DNA of 64,000 bases from Octopus vulgaris (GCA_951406725.2 OX597830.1:14074001-14138000), one strand, 5' to 3'; positions 12,497 through 26,656 are shown, counted from the stretch's first letter. The notes: generated by a model not told the origin, from the letters alone. A program made the numbers and translations.

Positions 12497-13476
12497 AATT
12501 TAAATATATAACATGTGTATCGAGTGGAAAAATAAACTATCGTTACTGTGCCTATTGTTTAGCTCCAAGTCGATCCTCATTGAACAGTTCGATGATCAAA
12601 AACATTTTTATATGGCCATCCTGGTTGTTGAAGACACGAAGTACAACTTACAACGTATAGGCTTTATTCTGAAGCAGCAAACAGTACAATGGTAGAACGA
12701 TGTGTAAAGTTATGACTTAATTATCTAACGGAAAAAAATTGAAGTGTAGCCGTTACGTTCTCTTAAAATGTTCAGTGATTTGTTTCGATGCTGATAAAAA
12801 AGATTAGCTCGCACGTTGCTTTCCATCTGTTGGCACATGTAAGGTGCACATTCCTCAGGGAATGTATTTAGCTTGCCTGTGGATATTATGTTGCTATTGT
12901 AGTTGTTTTTGCTCTTGGTGCTGCTGTTATGTATCCTCAGGTCAGCTCGAGCCATTAACACCCGATTTTTCTTTACTAACATATTATAACTTTTATAACA
13001 TATTTTTCTTTTCCTAAACGGTAGTGGTGCGAAATGAGACTGATTAGTTACCTATTTGTAGCAGGTCGACCAGCTCTAAAAAATAATTGTCGCCTAAATA
13101 ATATAGAGACTGTAGGGGCAATATTTAGGGTTAAAACTAATTTTAATTTATCACCTTACATATTTTTACTTCAAGGTTGTGTGCAGAGATTGGCTTAAAC
13201 CTTGTTTGTAAAAGTAGTGTCGAGGTGTAAATATAGGGTGGAGGCCAGTTGTATGTGTAAGTTTGAGTTAGAGTGGATTTATGTGTTAGTTAAAGATGAT
13301 ATAAAAATGGACAACACACCTAGTTAAAAGATAACATTCAAAGAGGCGCTTGCTCCTTAAACAGTAGATTCATATATACGTATATATGAATACACATACG
13401 TATACATATACACGTATGTACGTATATATATATACATATACACGTATGTATGTATATATATATATATATATATGTA

Positions 13477-13705
13477 GGACGGCGAGCTGGCAGAAACGTT
13501 AGCACGCCGGGCGAAATGCGTAGCCCTATTTCGTCTGCCGTTACGTTCTGAGTTCAAATTCCGCCGAGGTCGACTTTGCCGTTCATCCTTTCAGGGTTGA
13601 TAAATTAAGTACCAGTTACGCACTGGAGTCGATGTAATCGACTTAATCCGTTTGTCTGTCCTTGTTTGTGTCCCCTCTGTGTTTGGCCCCTTGTGGGCAG
13701 TAAAG

Positions 13706-13710
<5 letters not shown>
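13477..13710 (+). mobile_element. SINE family B in a (TA)n tract
   Basis: Full-length match to 9189-9416. Confidence 0.9.
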
Positions 13711-13745
<35 letters not shown>

Positions 13746-13816
13746 GTGTGTGTGTGTGTATGTGTGTGTGCGTATGAATGTATATACACACACATACGTA
13801 CACACAAAGGCACACA

Positions 13817-13858
<42 letters not shown>

Positions 13859-14406
13859 TATGCATGTATATATGTACACGTACATAGAGATACAAGCCAA
13901 ACATAGAAAGATAAATAGATGTTAAGAGTGGTGAATTAATATATTATGATTTACACAATAATTCATAAGCTAAGCATCTTGAAGGTTGTGATACCACTGC
14001 AGCAGCTATCTATAATGAATATATCTATGAATCTTGAAAAATCTACATCTCGCTTGCATCACAGATACCCTCCCCACCTTCTCAACTTTTACAGAATATG
14101 GCTACAAACAATATGGCTGCTACGTAATTCTTCTAATTTGTTTGAAACAACTAACAAAGAAGAGAATAAGTGTGAATTTGATAATTTAATCTTTTAAATA
14201 TTGCATTAAATATTGCTGCAAAATATGTTAATATGTGGAATGTTTCGTTGGTTGATCGTGTGTGGGAACATATTATGAGCATTAAGAGTAGGATATGAAG
14301 AAGGGAGTAGGACAGTATCATCAGGAGGAGGAAATGTGGTATGGACATGCGGGTTGTGTATGTGTGTGTGTATGTATGTATGTATGTATGTACGTATGTA
14401 TGTACG

Positions 14407-14497
<91 letters not shown>

Positions 14498-14716
14498 TTA
14501 GTATGTGTATATGTGATTATGTGTGCGTGTGTATATGTGTGTGTCTGTGTATTTAATAATAATATTAATAATGATGATGATGTCTGATACATACATCCAC
14601 ACACGCACACGCACACGCATAAACACACACTTATACATATACACACAATCACTCACAAACACACACTCTCTCTCACACACACACATACATACATACATAC
14701 ATACATACATACATTC

Positions 14717-14717
<1 letters not shown>

Positions 14718-14804
<87 letters not shown>

Positions 14805-14810
14805 ATAGAT
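14718..14810. repeat. (GATA)n microsatellite
   Basis: Read directly. Confidence 0.95.
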
Positions 14811-15315
14811 TAGATGTACTGATGTATATGTACACGCATATAGATGTGTGTATGTATGTGTATGTATGTGTATATATTATATTTTTTTAATTGCTAGGAA
14901 AGGTACGTTCAGCAGAAGGATGGAATAAAAACAGTGATTATATATATATATATATATAAAGATAAAATGACAGAGAAATATGGATCACACTACGCAAAAG
15001 GCAAAAAAAAAAAAAGAGAGAGTTAGGCATGCTTATGTGGGAACAACCAGTTGGATGTTTCGGACACGTATGATGATAGGGGAGGTAATTTGGAAACGAT
15101 TCATGACCGTGTCCATGCTGAAAAGGGCACTCTTAGGAATTAATCCATGACAAAAAGCAATGAGATTTAATGAATGTTCCTGTTTTCTTGTGACTACTTC
15201 ATACTGAGATCACTGATGGCACCAATTGCAGAATGCTAGAATATCACACGGCAACTGAAACAGTTTGAAGCTTATAAATTACTCTGCACCAGTGTGTATA
15301 TATATATATATTTAC

Positions 15316-15516
15316 ATGTGACCGCGTGTGTACCGTTGGCGATTTTTTTCCTCTGTCTTCCCTTCTCTGGATCTTTCCTTCTCCTATGTTTCCGACGAAG
15401 AGCTCCGCTCGAAACGTTAAACCCTCCTTCTTTCCTTCCTTCCTGAGAGTCCAATATAACTATATTTGTTCCACGTCCTCGCTTTGTTGTGTCTTTTTGT
15501 GCTTTCTTGTTTGGAT

Positions 15517-15522
<6 letters not shown>
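15316..15522 (+). mobile_element. Dispersed repeat with hammerhead motif (Penelope pLTR/retrozyme-like), core-mutated copy
   Basis: Homologous to 48655-48864; core reads CCGACGA instead of CTGACGA; followed by (TA)n. Confidence 0.7.
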
Positions 15523-15584
<62 letters not shown>

Positions 15585-15712
15585 GTGTGTGTGCGTGTGT
15601 GTGTGTGTGTTTTATAAGCTTAAAGCTTATAAGCAATCACTGTGCATTGACCAAGGTAAATAGTCTAGTACTGGGGTATATAAGCCCTCGACAAAAAAAA
15701 ATCAGGGTTTTG

Positions 15713-15784
15713 CTGTACGCTTGGGACTTGAACCCACACCTCTATGTATTCATGACAAGTGTGTTACCATTACACTAACGTACT
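15713..15784 (-). pseudogene. tRNA-like sequence (tRNA pseudogene or tRNA-derived element)
   Basis: Acceptor GTACGT/GCGTAC, D-arm GTGT-AATGGTA-ACAC, T-arm TGGG-TTCAAGT-CCCA; anticodon arm imperfect (loop CATGAAT); T9 run just downstream. Confidence 0.55.
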
Positions 15785-15912
15785 TCCTATATAAACGAAA
15801 GCTGTAGAAGTGACTAGAGAGGTACTAACTAGCCAGATCTTGGATTAGTTATGAACAATGGTTTAGAATCATAACCACAGGATATATACATATGTACGTA
15901 TATAAATACAAT

Positions 15913-16450
15913 TATCCATCCATCCACCAATCCAATCCATCCATCCATCAATACACCCACCAATCCATCCTTCCATCTATCCATCTACCCATCCACCCAT
16001 CCATCCATCCCTCCATCCCTCCATCCCGACCTCCATCCATCCATCCATCCATCTATCCATTCCTCCTTCATCCATCCTTCCATCCATGCATCCGTTCATC
16101 CATTCGTCCATCCGACCGTCCGTCCGTCCGTCCATCGGTCTCTCCGTCCGTCTATTTGTTCTTCCGTCAATTCATCCATCCATCCGACTGTACGTCCGTT
16201 TGTCCGTCCGCCCGTCCGTCCGCCTGTCCGTCCGCCCGTCCGTCCGCCCGTCTGTCCGCCCGTCCGTCCGCCCGTCCGTCCGCCCGTCCGTCCGTCCATC
16301 CGTCCGCCCGTCCGTCCCCCCGTCCGTCCGCTCGTCCGCCCGTCCGTCCCCCCGTCCACTTGTCCGTCCCCCCGTCCGCTCGTCCGTCCCCCCCCGTCCG
16401 CCCGTCCGTCCGACCGACTGACCGTCCGACCGTCCGTCCATCCATCCAGC
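15913..16450. repeat. (CCAT)n grading into CpG-rich (CCGT/CCGC)n tetranucleotide array
   Basis: Read directly. Confidence 0.9.
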
Positions 16451-16756
16451 CATTTTCCTAGCCCACTGTTCCTGTGAAATTCATGTGAATAGAGATCGCA
16501 AACGCGCCACCAACAAATACTCTAATCAAAAGCAAATTTTCCAGTTGGATCCTCACACAAGACTATACGTCCCCTGTGTGTTCTAACCCCAGGTCTCTAT
16601 TCCTGCAGACATTGTCCCAAATGACTGAGCTGCAATTCTGTCCTTAGATATTATAACCTCTTACCCGTAGTACCTGAGCTATGACCTCTCAATATGAAAG
16701 CGTAAAAGTTCGAACCGGAATTTCTTCCCGGTCTCTGAGCTCAGAGCCATTTCGAG

Positions 16757-17252
16757 TTATGTCACTGTCCTGTCGTATACTAGCGGCCCGTCGTCGAAAC
16801 TCATTTCGTTCACTTGAGTTTGCACTCGTACTTTCCTGGTCATTACCCAGGAATCATGACGATATGTACAGCTCCGACGCGAAAATCGAACTGAAAAGTG
16901 AGCTTGGCATGTGTGTGTATGCATGTGTATGTGTGTGTGTGTGTGGTTCTTGAACTTCTAGAAATAGCAGCTAACCTACAGACTTACAGTTGCTCATCGC
17001 AAGAAAAGCATAATCCCGAAGACAAGTGGGGAAGATCGTAGCTTAAATGCTTTCATCACTCTGTGCGTGCGCTTGTGTGTGTGTGTCTATGCGTGTGTGA
17101 GTGTGCTTGCGTTTGCAGGCGTGCGTGCGTGCATGTGTATACAGACATATATTCATTTATATAATTATACATACTATCAATTAACTTCCAGCCTAAAGAT
17201 TTGACTTACCTTCCTTCGCGCCCTCTCTCCAGGGACGACCATCTGTGTACAT
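16757..17252 (-). other. Candidate spliced coding exons (17210-17242 or 17252, and 16757-16890); product unknown
   Basis: GTAAGT donor at 17209, CTTTTCAG acceptor at 16891, phase-compatible open frame; no homology recognised. Confidence 0.2.
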
Positions 17253-17304
17253 ACACTAGCTTTGACCTATATCTCATTTCAGATAGACACCCTGATTATC
17301 TCTG

Positions 17305-17834
17305 GCATCACCACCATCACCACCATCGCAATCATCATCACCACCACCACCATCATCCCCATCATTAGCTCCGTCATCATCATTGTCATCATCACCGATT
17401 GTCATCATTATCACTATTGATCATGTTATTATCACTGTCATCGTCGTCCTCGTCGTCATCGTCATCATCATCGTGGTCGTCATGATGATGATGAGGAGGA
17501 GGATCATCATCATCATTATCATCATCATTATCATCATGAATGACATCTTCGTTGTCGTCTTTGTTGTCAAAGTCATCGTCTTCATTAACATCATCACCAT
17601 CCTCCTCCTCCTCCTCCTCATCATCATCATCATCCTCATCCTCATCATCATCATCTTCATCAACATCATCATCATCGTCATCATCATCATCATCGTCATC
17701 ATCATCATCATCATCGTCATCGTCATCATCATCATCATCGTCATCATCATCATCATCGTCATCATCATCATCATCATCGTCATCATCATCATCCTCATCC
17801 TCATCATCATCATCTTCATCATCATTATCATCAC

Positions 17835-17867
<33 letters not shown>

Positions 17868-17898
17868 CATCATCATCTTCCTCATCATCATCATCGTG

Positions 17899-17937
<39 letters not shown>

Positions 17938-17979
17938 ATCCACATCCTCATCATCATCTTCATCATCATCATCATCGTG

Positions 17980-18021
<42 letters not shown>

Positions 18022-18293
18022 ATCCTCATCCTCATCATCATCACCATCATCATCACCATCATCATCATCATCATCTTCATCATTATCACCATCATCATCA
18101 CCATCATCATCACCATCATCATCATCATCATCTTCATCATTATCACCATCATCATCACCATCATCATCACCATCATCATCATCATCATCTTCATCATTAT
18201 CACCATCATCATCACCATCATCATCATCATCATCCTCATCCTCATCCTAATCCTCATCTTCATCATTATCATCATTATCACCATCATCATCAC

Positions 18294-18337
<44 letters not shown>

Positions 18338-18630
18338 GTAGCAGGAATGATTCCTTACTAGTTCCACTATCACCGCCATACTTATTCCTGTAGATATTAT
18401 CAACATTATCAATTTTCTCATCATCAACTTCATTATCTTCTTACTCTGCCTTCTGCAACTCCTCCTACCCTAACACAATTTCTCCTTCTCCTCCTCCTCC
18501 ATCTTCTCCTCACTGTACACTTCCTCATCAACAACGACATCACCAACATCATCGCCATCCTCGTTTGTGTCTATGGTAGTCACCATTGCTATCATTACCA
18601 CCACGACCACCTCACCAGCCTCATTATCAT

Positions 18631-18674
<44 letters not shown>

Positions 18675-18684
18675 ACACCACCAC

Positions 18685-18737
<53 letters not shown>

Positions 18738-18742
18738 ACACC

Positions 18743-18800
<58 letters not shown>

Positions 18801-18805
18801 ACACC

Positions 18806-18866
<61 letters not shown>

Positions 18867-18871
18867 ACACC

Positions 18872-18905
<34 letters not shown>

Positions 18906-18934
18906 TCATTATCATCATCATCATCATCAACACC

Positions 18935-18998
<64 letters not shown>

Positions 18999-19006
18999 CC
19001 ACCACC

Positions 19007-19057
<51 letters not shown>

Positions 19058-19303
19058 GTATTCTTGATCCTCATCCTTTTCTCCTCCTCCTCCTCCTCCT
19101 CCTCATCCTCCTCCTCATCTCCTCATCATCATCTTAATTCGACTCCCATCCCATCCCATACATCCCTTTCCTCCTCATCATCATATTCGTCAACATAATT
19201 ATTTGAATCACATTAACGACACCGCCGCAGAACCGCATCCACCACCAGCATCACGACCAATCCAACCGATCCACGCCCACCAGCACCCCCACCTCCCAGC
19301 ACT

Positions 19304-19359
<56 letters not shown>

Positions 19360-19910
19360 TAATCATCAGCAACCTCTTCTACCTCGTCCTCTTCTTCATA
19401 ATCATCATCAATGTCATCATCCACTTCATCTCCACCACCATCCCCATCACCATCACCATCACCACCACTACCACCAACATCACCACTACAAGCATCACCA
19501 CCACTACAACCATCACCACCACAACCACCAACATCACCACTACAAGCATCACCACCACTACAACCATCACCACCACAACCACCAACATCACCACTACAAG
19601 CATCACCACCACTACAACCATCACCACCACAACCACCAACATCACCACTACACCACACCACCACCACCATCACCACCACTACCACCAACATCACCACTAC
19701 AACCATCACCACCACTACCACCAACATCACCACTACCACCAACATCACCACTACCACCATCACCACCACCATCACCATCACCACCTCTACCACCAACATC
19801 ACCACTACAACCATCACCACCACAACCACCAACATCACCTCTACCATCACCACCACCACCACCACCACCGACAACAACGACAACAACATCATCAACATCA
19901 TCACTATCTG
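17305..19910. repeat. Long (ATC)n/(CAC)n trinucleotide arrays with 54-bp higher-order units near 19470-19650
   Basis: Read directly; gives poly-I/S/H/T pseudo-ORFs. Confidence 0.95.
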
Positions 19911-20189
19911 CATTCATCTTTTTGTTTTAGCATCTTATATTCGAAATAGAAAAATTTTTATTGGTATGTTGTTGTTTTTGTTGCTATTGTTGTTGTCGTA
20001 ATCATTATCATCAACATTATCGTCGCCCTGCTTATTTTAATTATTAATATAATTTCTATGTTACATTACTTATTTGCCTCTCGCACCAAAATGCCTCCTC
20101 CCAGCACCCAGCACCGTGCGCACGTATACGCATGCAGACAGCGGCACCGACACACACATGTGTGAACATGAAGGTAGGGACATACACAA

Positions 20190-20233
20190 TATATGTATAT
20201 GTGTATATATATGTGTGTGTATGTGTTTGTGTG

Positions 20234-20289
<56 letters not shown>

Positions 20290-20396
20290 TACACGATACA
20301 CTTATATACGGATATGGACACTAGGTATGTAGACACATACATGCGCATAAATATGTTTATGTTTCTATATATATATATATATATATATTTATGTAC

Positions 20397-20470
<74 letters not shown>

Positions 20471-20661
20471 GTATTTGCACAGATACATATACATATATGT
20501 ATATATAGTCGTAATCGTACACATATATACATGCATATATATACACACATATACATTAATATATATGTATATATATTTATATATGTATATAAACACATAA
20601 GTATATTAACTTATGTATGTATATACATACATACATATATATTATATATATATATGTATCC

Positions 20662-20733
<72 letters not shown>

Positions 20734-22381
20734 ATGTGTGCATATATATATATATGTATATATATGATATATATGTATATGCATACATATATGGACATAT
20801 TACCATATACACTCACATATATAGACACACGGCATCCCTAGCATCATCACCACCACCATCAGCATCAACAGAACCACCACTGCCTCCACTGCCGCCATTG
20901 CCACCACCATCTTCCCATTTATCATTTGTTTATTTTTACTTTATTCCATTTAGAATATTATTCTCCACCCTTTCCACAGTACTTTAAAATTATTTCTTTC
21001 GTTCTTCCTTGCTTTCTTCATATTCTTTCTCTATTCTCTCATCACAATGAAATAAAAATGTCAAATATTGAAATTTTTCTCTTTTGAGCCAAATATATTG
21101 CTTTTTATGATTCGGAAAATCGATAATTTTAAATTTAATGTAGTTTCCAGAAGGTTCCGAGGGGGTGGAGGAGGAATGCTGAGAGACGAATTGGAGGAGA
21201 AAAACATATAAATACAACTGTGAGTGAGAAATATATACATACATGCATATATACATACATGCATATATACATACATGCACACATACATATATACTCATAT
21301 ATATATATATATATACGCACAAATGCATATTATTAATATGTGCATGCGTGTGTCTACATACATACATGCATACATACATACATTAGTACATACATATGTG
21401 TCTGTATGTCTTTATGTGTCAGCATATATGCATATATGTTTAACAGGAATATATGCTAATATGTATGTATATATGTATATATGTATATGCATGTATGTAT
21501 ATGTATGTGCGTATATACGCCTGTACGTATAGATCTATATAACTAGATATATATATACATATATATATATATAGTTATATATATATATATGTATGTATGT
21601 ATATATATATATATATGTATGTATGTATGTATGCACGTATGTATGGATGATGAGATACAATGAGAGAGAGACGGAGGGGGGGGGGGGGGCAACAGGGGAA
21701 GACATAATGAAGAGTAGGGAAATAAAAGAAAGAGCTGAGAATGTAGGAAAAGGAGATAGTGTTGAGAAATTTAAAGACGGGCATACTGATAGAAAGGAGG
21801 TGACTAAGGTAGAGAGAGGGAGAGGGAGAGTGCGATAGACAGAGACAGAGAGAGAGAGAGCGGAGAAGGAAGGTGAGAGAGAGCAGAGAGAGAGAGAGAC
21901 ATAGTAAGACAGAGAGGGGGTGAGAAGGGGGGTAAGGGAGGAAAGGAGACAAGGGGGTAAAGAGTGAAGCGAAGACAAAGAGAATGTGGGCACATGAGTA
22001 ATACGTATATTATAATCATATACATGCGTATACATATATGCATATTCACATAACTACACGTATATATATACATATACATATATATATATATACACACACA
22101 CATATATCGTAGATGTACATATATATATATACAAGCATGTGTGTATATATATATACGTATATATATATCTCCCTACATACATATTATATATATATACATA
22201 CATACATACATACATACATACATGCATGTATATATATATATACATATATATACATACATATGTACATGTATATAAGGATGTTGGCTATATATTCAAAGAC
22301 ATATGTACGCAACCACACATTCTCCTAAATCTCCTTTTCTCTCCCTCTTAATATATATGTTTATGTGTGTATGTGTTCGTA

Positions 22382-22452
<71 letters not shown>

Positions 22453-23909
22453 GTATGTATGTATGTATATATATATATATGTAAGTATGTATGTATGTAT
22501 GAAAACATGTATATATATATATATACACACACACACACATATATATATATATGTATATATATTTATGAGTGTGTGTATATATGTATTTATGTAATGTTTG
22601 TATATACATATATGCAAGTATATGTGGTGCATATGTATATATTGCACGTACATGTACACAGAAACATATACATTCGTGCATACAAGCATTTGAACTACAC
22701 AAAGGAAAAAACTCTGTTGGTCCGTCCAAATATGTTAACGGACACATACGCACGAATACACTTGAAGTCACACGAATACACACGAATACATACATATCCG
22801 TACAGACATAGACTAATTTCACTACACATTTTGTTGGATATGTGTCGGGCCTTTGTTATTTAGCCCTAGGTCAGCCTCGAGGGATCAGACCTCTGATGAA
22901 AGCATTTAAACCATGGCCCTCTCGACTTGGCTTCAGAATTACGTCTTTCTGAAAACGATTGAGTATAATTTTGTGGATTAGCTGTTATTTTTAGTAGATC
23001 GAGCAGACCCGGAGAAGCTCCTTCATCAGTTATAATTATATGTATGTCTTTAAGTATAAAGCTATGCAAATATATGAACACACACACACGCACACACACA
23101 CATACACACACACACACATATATACTTCAATATATGCATGTACGTGTGTTTGTGTGTGTGTTTGTGTGTGTGTGTGTGTATGTGTGCGTGCGTGCGTGCC
23201 TGCCTGTGTCTGTGCTTGTGTGTTTGTGTGTCTGTGTCACTGTGTGTGTAAAGTGGGATGCTCGGGGAATCGCTATGATTAATCAAGAGGGTAAATGCTG
23301 TATCTGTGTGTATGTGCCTTTGTGTTAATGAGTGTGAAAGAATATGTGAGCGATAATATGAGTATGTATGAATGATTGGGTTTTTGAGGAAATAGTGCGT
23401 ATAAGATATGGTGATAAAGAGAGTATGAGTGAAGCAGAAAGACTAGCTAGACAGATAGACAAATTGTTAGATAGCTTGGAAGGCAGATAGGAGGGGAATG
23501 AGGTGGGTTGATAATTAAATAGATAGATAGATGATTTATGGAGAGATAAATGGATAACAGAAAGAAAACTCAATATAGATAATTAGATATATACAAACTG
23601 TAACAGATATATGAATAGATATATCGGTAGACAGACAGGCAATTTGGACATGCATACATTCGTATGTATATGAATATAGGAATAGCCACATGCACGAGTA
23701 TATAAAAGATAAACTGATATATGCATTGAATCGAATAGTTTTCGAAACATTAATGTGTGTGTGTGTGTGTGCGTGTGTGTGTGTGTGTGTATTTGTGTGT
23801 GTTGGGTTGAGGAGTGTGTGTGTCTGTCTGTCTGCTGACAGTTAAACAATTATAGACATTGTATTAAGATAAGTATTGTTATGAATCTTCTGATATGTGT
23901 GTGTGTGTG

Positions 23910-23950
<41 letters not shown>
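20190..23950. repeat. Dense (TA)n/(TATG)n/(CA)n/(GA)n microsatellite zone
   Basis: Read directly. Confidence 0.85.
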
Positions 23951-23952
<2 letters not shown>

Positions 23953-24251
23953 AGGAGCTGTACGTAGTGTCCGGTTAATCAGTCCTCCGAAGCACATCTT
24001 TCTGTGTATTGTCATTGATGTCCAGAGTCACCTCGAGAAAGTCATGGAGCATGGTCGCCATTAGCTCTAAACGTAATACAATGTTTTATCTTCCGCCGGA
24101 CGTTATTACAAAGAACAGTGATCGCCTTTGTCTTTCATCCTTTCGGGGTCGAAAAATAAGTACAATTTGACCATGATGGTCAATGTATCAACTGACCCAC
24201 TCCCCTAAAATTGCTGGCCTTTTGCCTAAAATTTGAAATCAATTAAATCTT

Positions 24252-24375
24252 TACATTTACGAATTACCCTTTTTTCGGTGACAAACTATTTACTTTTTTT
24301 CTCATTGTTCTGACCATTTATCATCTTCGTTCTAAGTGCCACTTTATGTCCTATATTTCCTCAACGAAAACTCTC
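24252..24375 (-). mobile_element. Displaced fragment of Gypsy gag zinc-knuckle region
   Basis: Sequence similar to 27967-28109. Confidence 0.75.
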
Positions 24376-24989
24376 AAAAAGACAAACTGCGTGAAAATGT
24401 ATCGGGGAAACGGCGACCTCTTTATACGCACAAATACATTTCTGTGTCCTAAGTTGCAGCTTACTCAGCCTTCCGTGGGGGTGTTGTCAGTAGACGTTTA
24501 TAATCTGACCGTTTATCATCTTCGTTCCGTGGGGGTGCTGTCAGTAGACGAAACTTCTGGCCAGCTGAAGCAAAGAGGCGGATACTTTAAGTTTGTCAAA
24601 TAAAAAAACTGGAGCAAGGCATGAGGTTCACACCATAATAGCTATCCGACATTTCAGCAATAGCTTCCTCTAAATCTATTTCTGTGAATTCTTATTGAAA
24701 CCCCGTTCTAGTTCCTACTCATCTGCAGATATGGATCAAACCAGACCTCAACAACTATATCGCGACCGGTTAAGCAGCCGACAAAGCTATTATTGCTGGT
24801 CTGCGTGGATTGCCTCACTTGTTACACACTGATTTCTCTTGGTGCTATTGTTACGTCTTCATATTCTTTCAGTATCGTAACAACACCTTAGCACCAGCAT
24901 CCCATTTCGACATTCTTAGTTTCTCAAAAATCTGATGTATAGTTTCTCAAAAGCCTGATGTATAAGGGCGGTAAAACAGAACCGAAACT

Positions 24990-25400
24990 ACGATTCAGAG
25001 CAACGTATATGGGTTGCTATATATTCCGACCACCGAGGACTTGAAAGCAATTCAGTCTCTGAAAACTCTACCGCAAGCAGCTAAGCTTAGCGATGGTCGA
25101 CCATGTCAAAAACATTAGAATTATCTAAACTAGTCACAATAATTCCGTCCTCATTACGGTGTATCGCTTAGAGAAGTGGTTGTCAAAAATACATCTTCGA
25201 GTAATAATACCTATTTTTGTGTTTCTGAGTATCTTTCAAGAGTATCTTTGCCGAAGTACTCAATTCTACATGGAGCAGCTATAAAACGAAACCTATCAAC
25301 GATGTCCTTGGTTCGCATCTTTTCTCATCAACTTCACCGTTTCTTGGCCAACACAACTGAGAATATTCCACGAATTTTGTTGCCAGTTGCTTCTGCATTT
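24990..25400 (+). pseudogene. Highly degenerate RTE-like LINE RT C-terminal fragment
   Basis: Weak motifs TYMGC (YLGS-like), SILHGAA (TLLYG-like), HQLHRF...IPRIL. Confidence 0.3.
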
Positions 25401-25559
25401 TTGTTCACATGATTTCTTTTTATCATGCCCAATGGTCCAATTACTATTGGCACTGTTTTTGCCTTCATGACCCACATTTTGAATACTTCAATTTTGATGT
25501 CTTTGTACTTTCAATTTCGAAGTCTTTGTACTTCCAGTTTCGCGGTCTTCGTATTTCTT

Positions 25560-25581
25560 CTTGTTATTGCTATTGTTGTGG

Positions 25582-25619
<38 letters not shown>

Positions 25620-25654
25620 CTTCTTCTTCTTCTTCTTCTTCTTCTTCTTCTATC

Positions 25655-25727
<73 letters not shown>

Positions 25728-25760
25728 CATTACCATTACTGTTGCTGTTGTTGTCGTTAT
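25560..25760. repeat. Compound (TTG)n(TTC)n(TTA)n microsatellite
   Basis: Read directly. Confidence 0.95.
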
Positions 25761-25879
25761 TTCCTTTCGTGTGTTACTGTTCTTCGGGAGATTATCTGCC
25801 AGTTCAGTGATCAAGGGTTAGTATAAGAGGCTACCAGCTGCCCGTGCAATAGGTCTCCCCTCTCTGCACTACTGATGCC

Positions 25880-26640
25880 ATTCAAGAGAATGGTAAGGGC
25901 TAATGCAACTTGGCTTCAATTTTATCGCAGAAGTTATGAGAATCGTGTTAAAAACACCATTAACTTGATAAATGCCTACGCTCCGATCCTCTGTACAAGG
26001 TACAAAAAAGGAAATTCTATGAAGGATTATCAAGAAAATCTCACGAAACTCTAATCCGGGAACAGCTACTGCTGCTTGGCGACTCCAACAGCGGAGGGGT
26101 TGCTGAGGTAGTACGCGATTGGTAACGTGAATGATTACAGAACACGACTCCGAGCCTTTTGTACACAAAACCCGGGGCAGTACAAACATTGATATCAACC
26201 AGACTTGATACTCACATGACGCTATTACTTGAATAATATGCTCGGGATTTGATCCTTCCAGAACGCTGAGGGTGGTATGGATCAGTCATTAGTTAGCTCT
26301 AAGGTTTATGTCTTCAACCAAAGAAGATTCACTGGGAGACAGATTATTACTTTGAAAGAAATTCAAGCAAGCTCACTGCTCTTATTCAGGCAGTGAACTG
26401 AACGATTCGAACATAAACGTCGTTCTATTCGAAACAGGATCTCCCTTAGAGAAAATGCAAAGAACATCTAGAAAATGTGAAGGACACAATAAACCGCTCT
26501 ACATAACTTTCTTCAACCTACAAATGCCTTATACCTTGCGAGTAGAGCGTGCCTTCATTAAACACTTAATATTTGTAGTGGAGTAAAACGGAGTGTGAAT
26601 TGGATTCCACCATGACTAGCATATTCGCTGTCAAGCTTAA
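25880..26640 (+). pseudogene. Degenerate RTE-like LINE APE endonuclease fragment
   Basis: Motifs TINLINAYAP, EFYEGL, LLGDSN (LGDFN-like), YAIGNVND, QPDLILT across frameshifts. Confidence 0.5.
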
Positions 26641-26656
26641 GCACATCTCTAAAACT

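Noticed and set aside
15326-15778. ORFs beginning MCTVGDFFP (also 48665-48865)
   Set aside because: Translation of the hammerhead-bearing repeat running into microsatellite; GTG start
17383-20001. Long poly-I/M/S/H/T ORFs (mucin-like or His-rich appearance)
   Set aside because: Translations of ATC/CAC arrays, open in several frames on both strands; no domain or splice support
23005-23029. CTGATGA-A-GGAG-CTT-CTCC on the minus strand as a hammerhead
   Set aside because: The required GAAA after stem II is absent (GGGTC instead)
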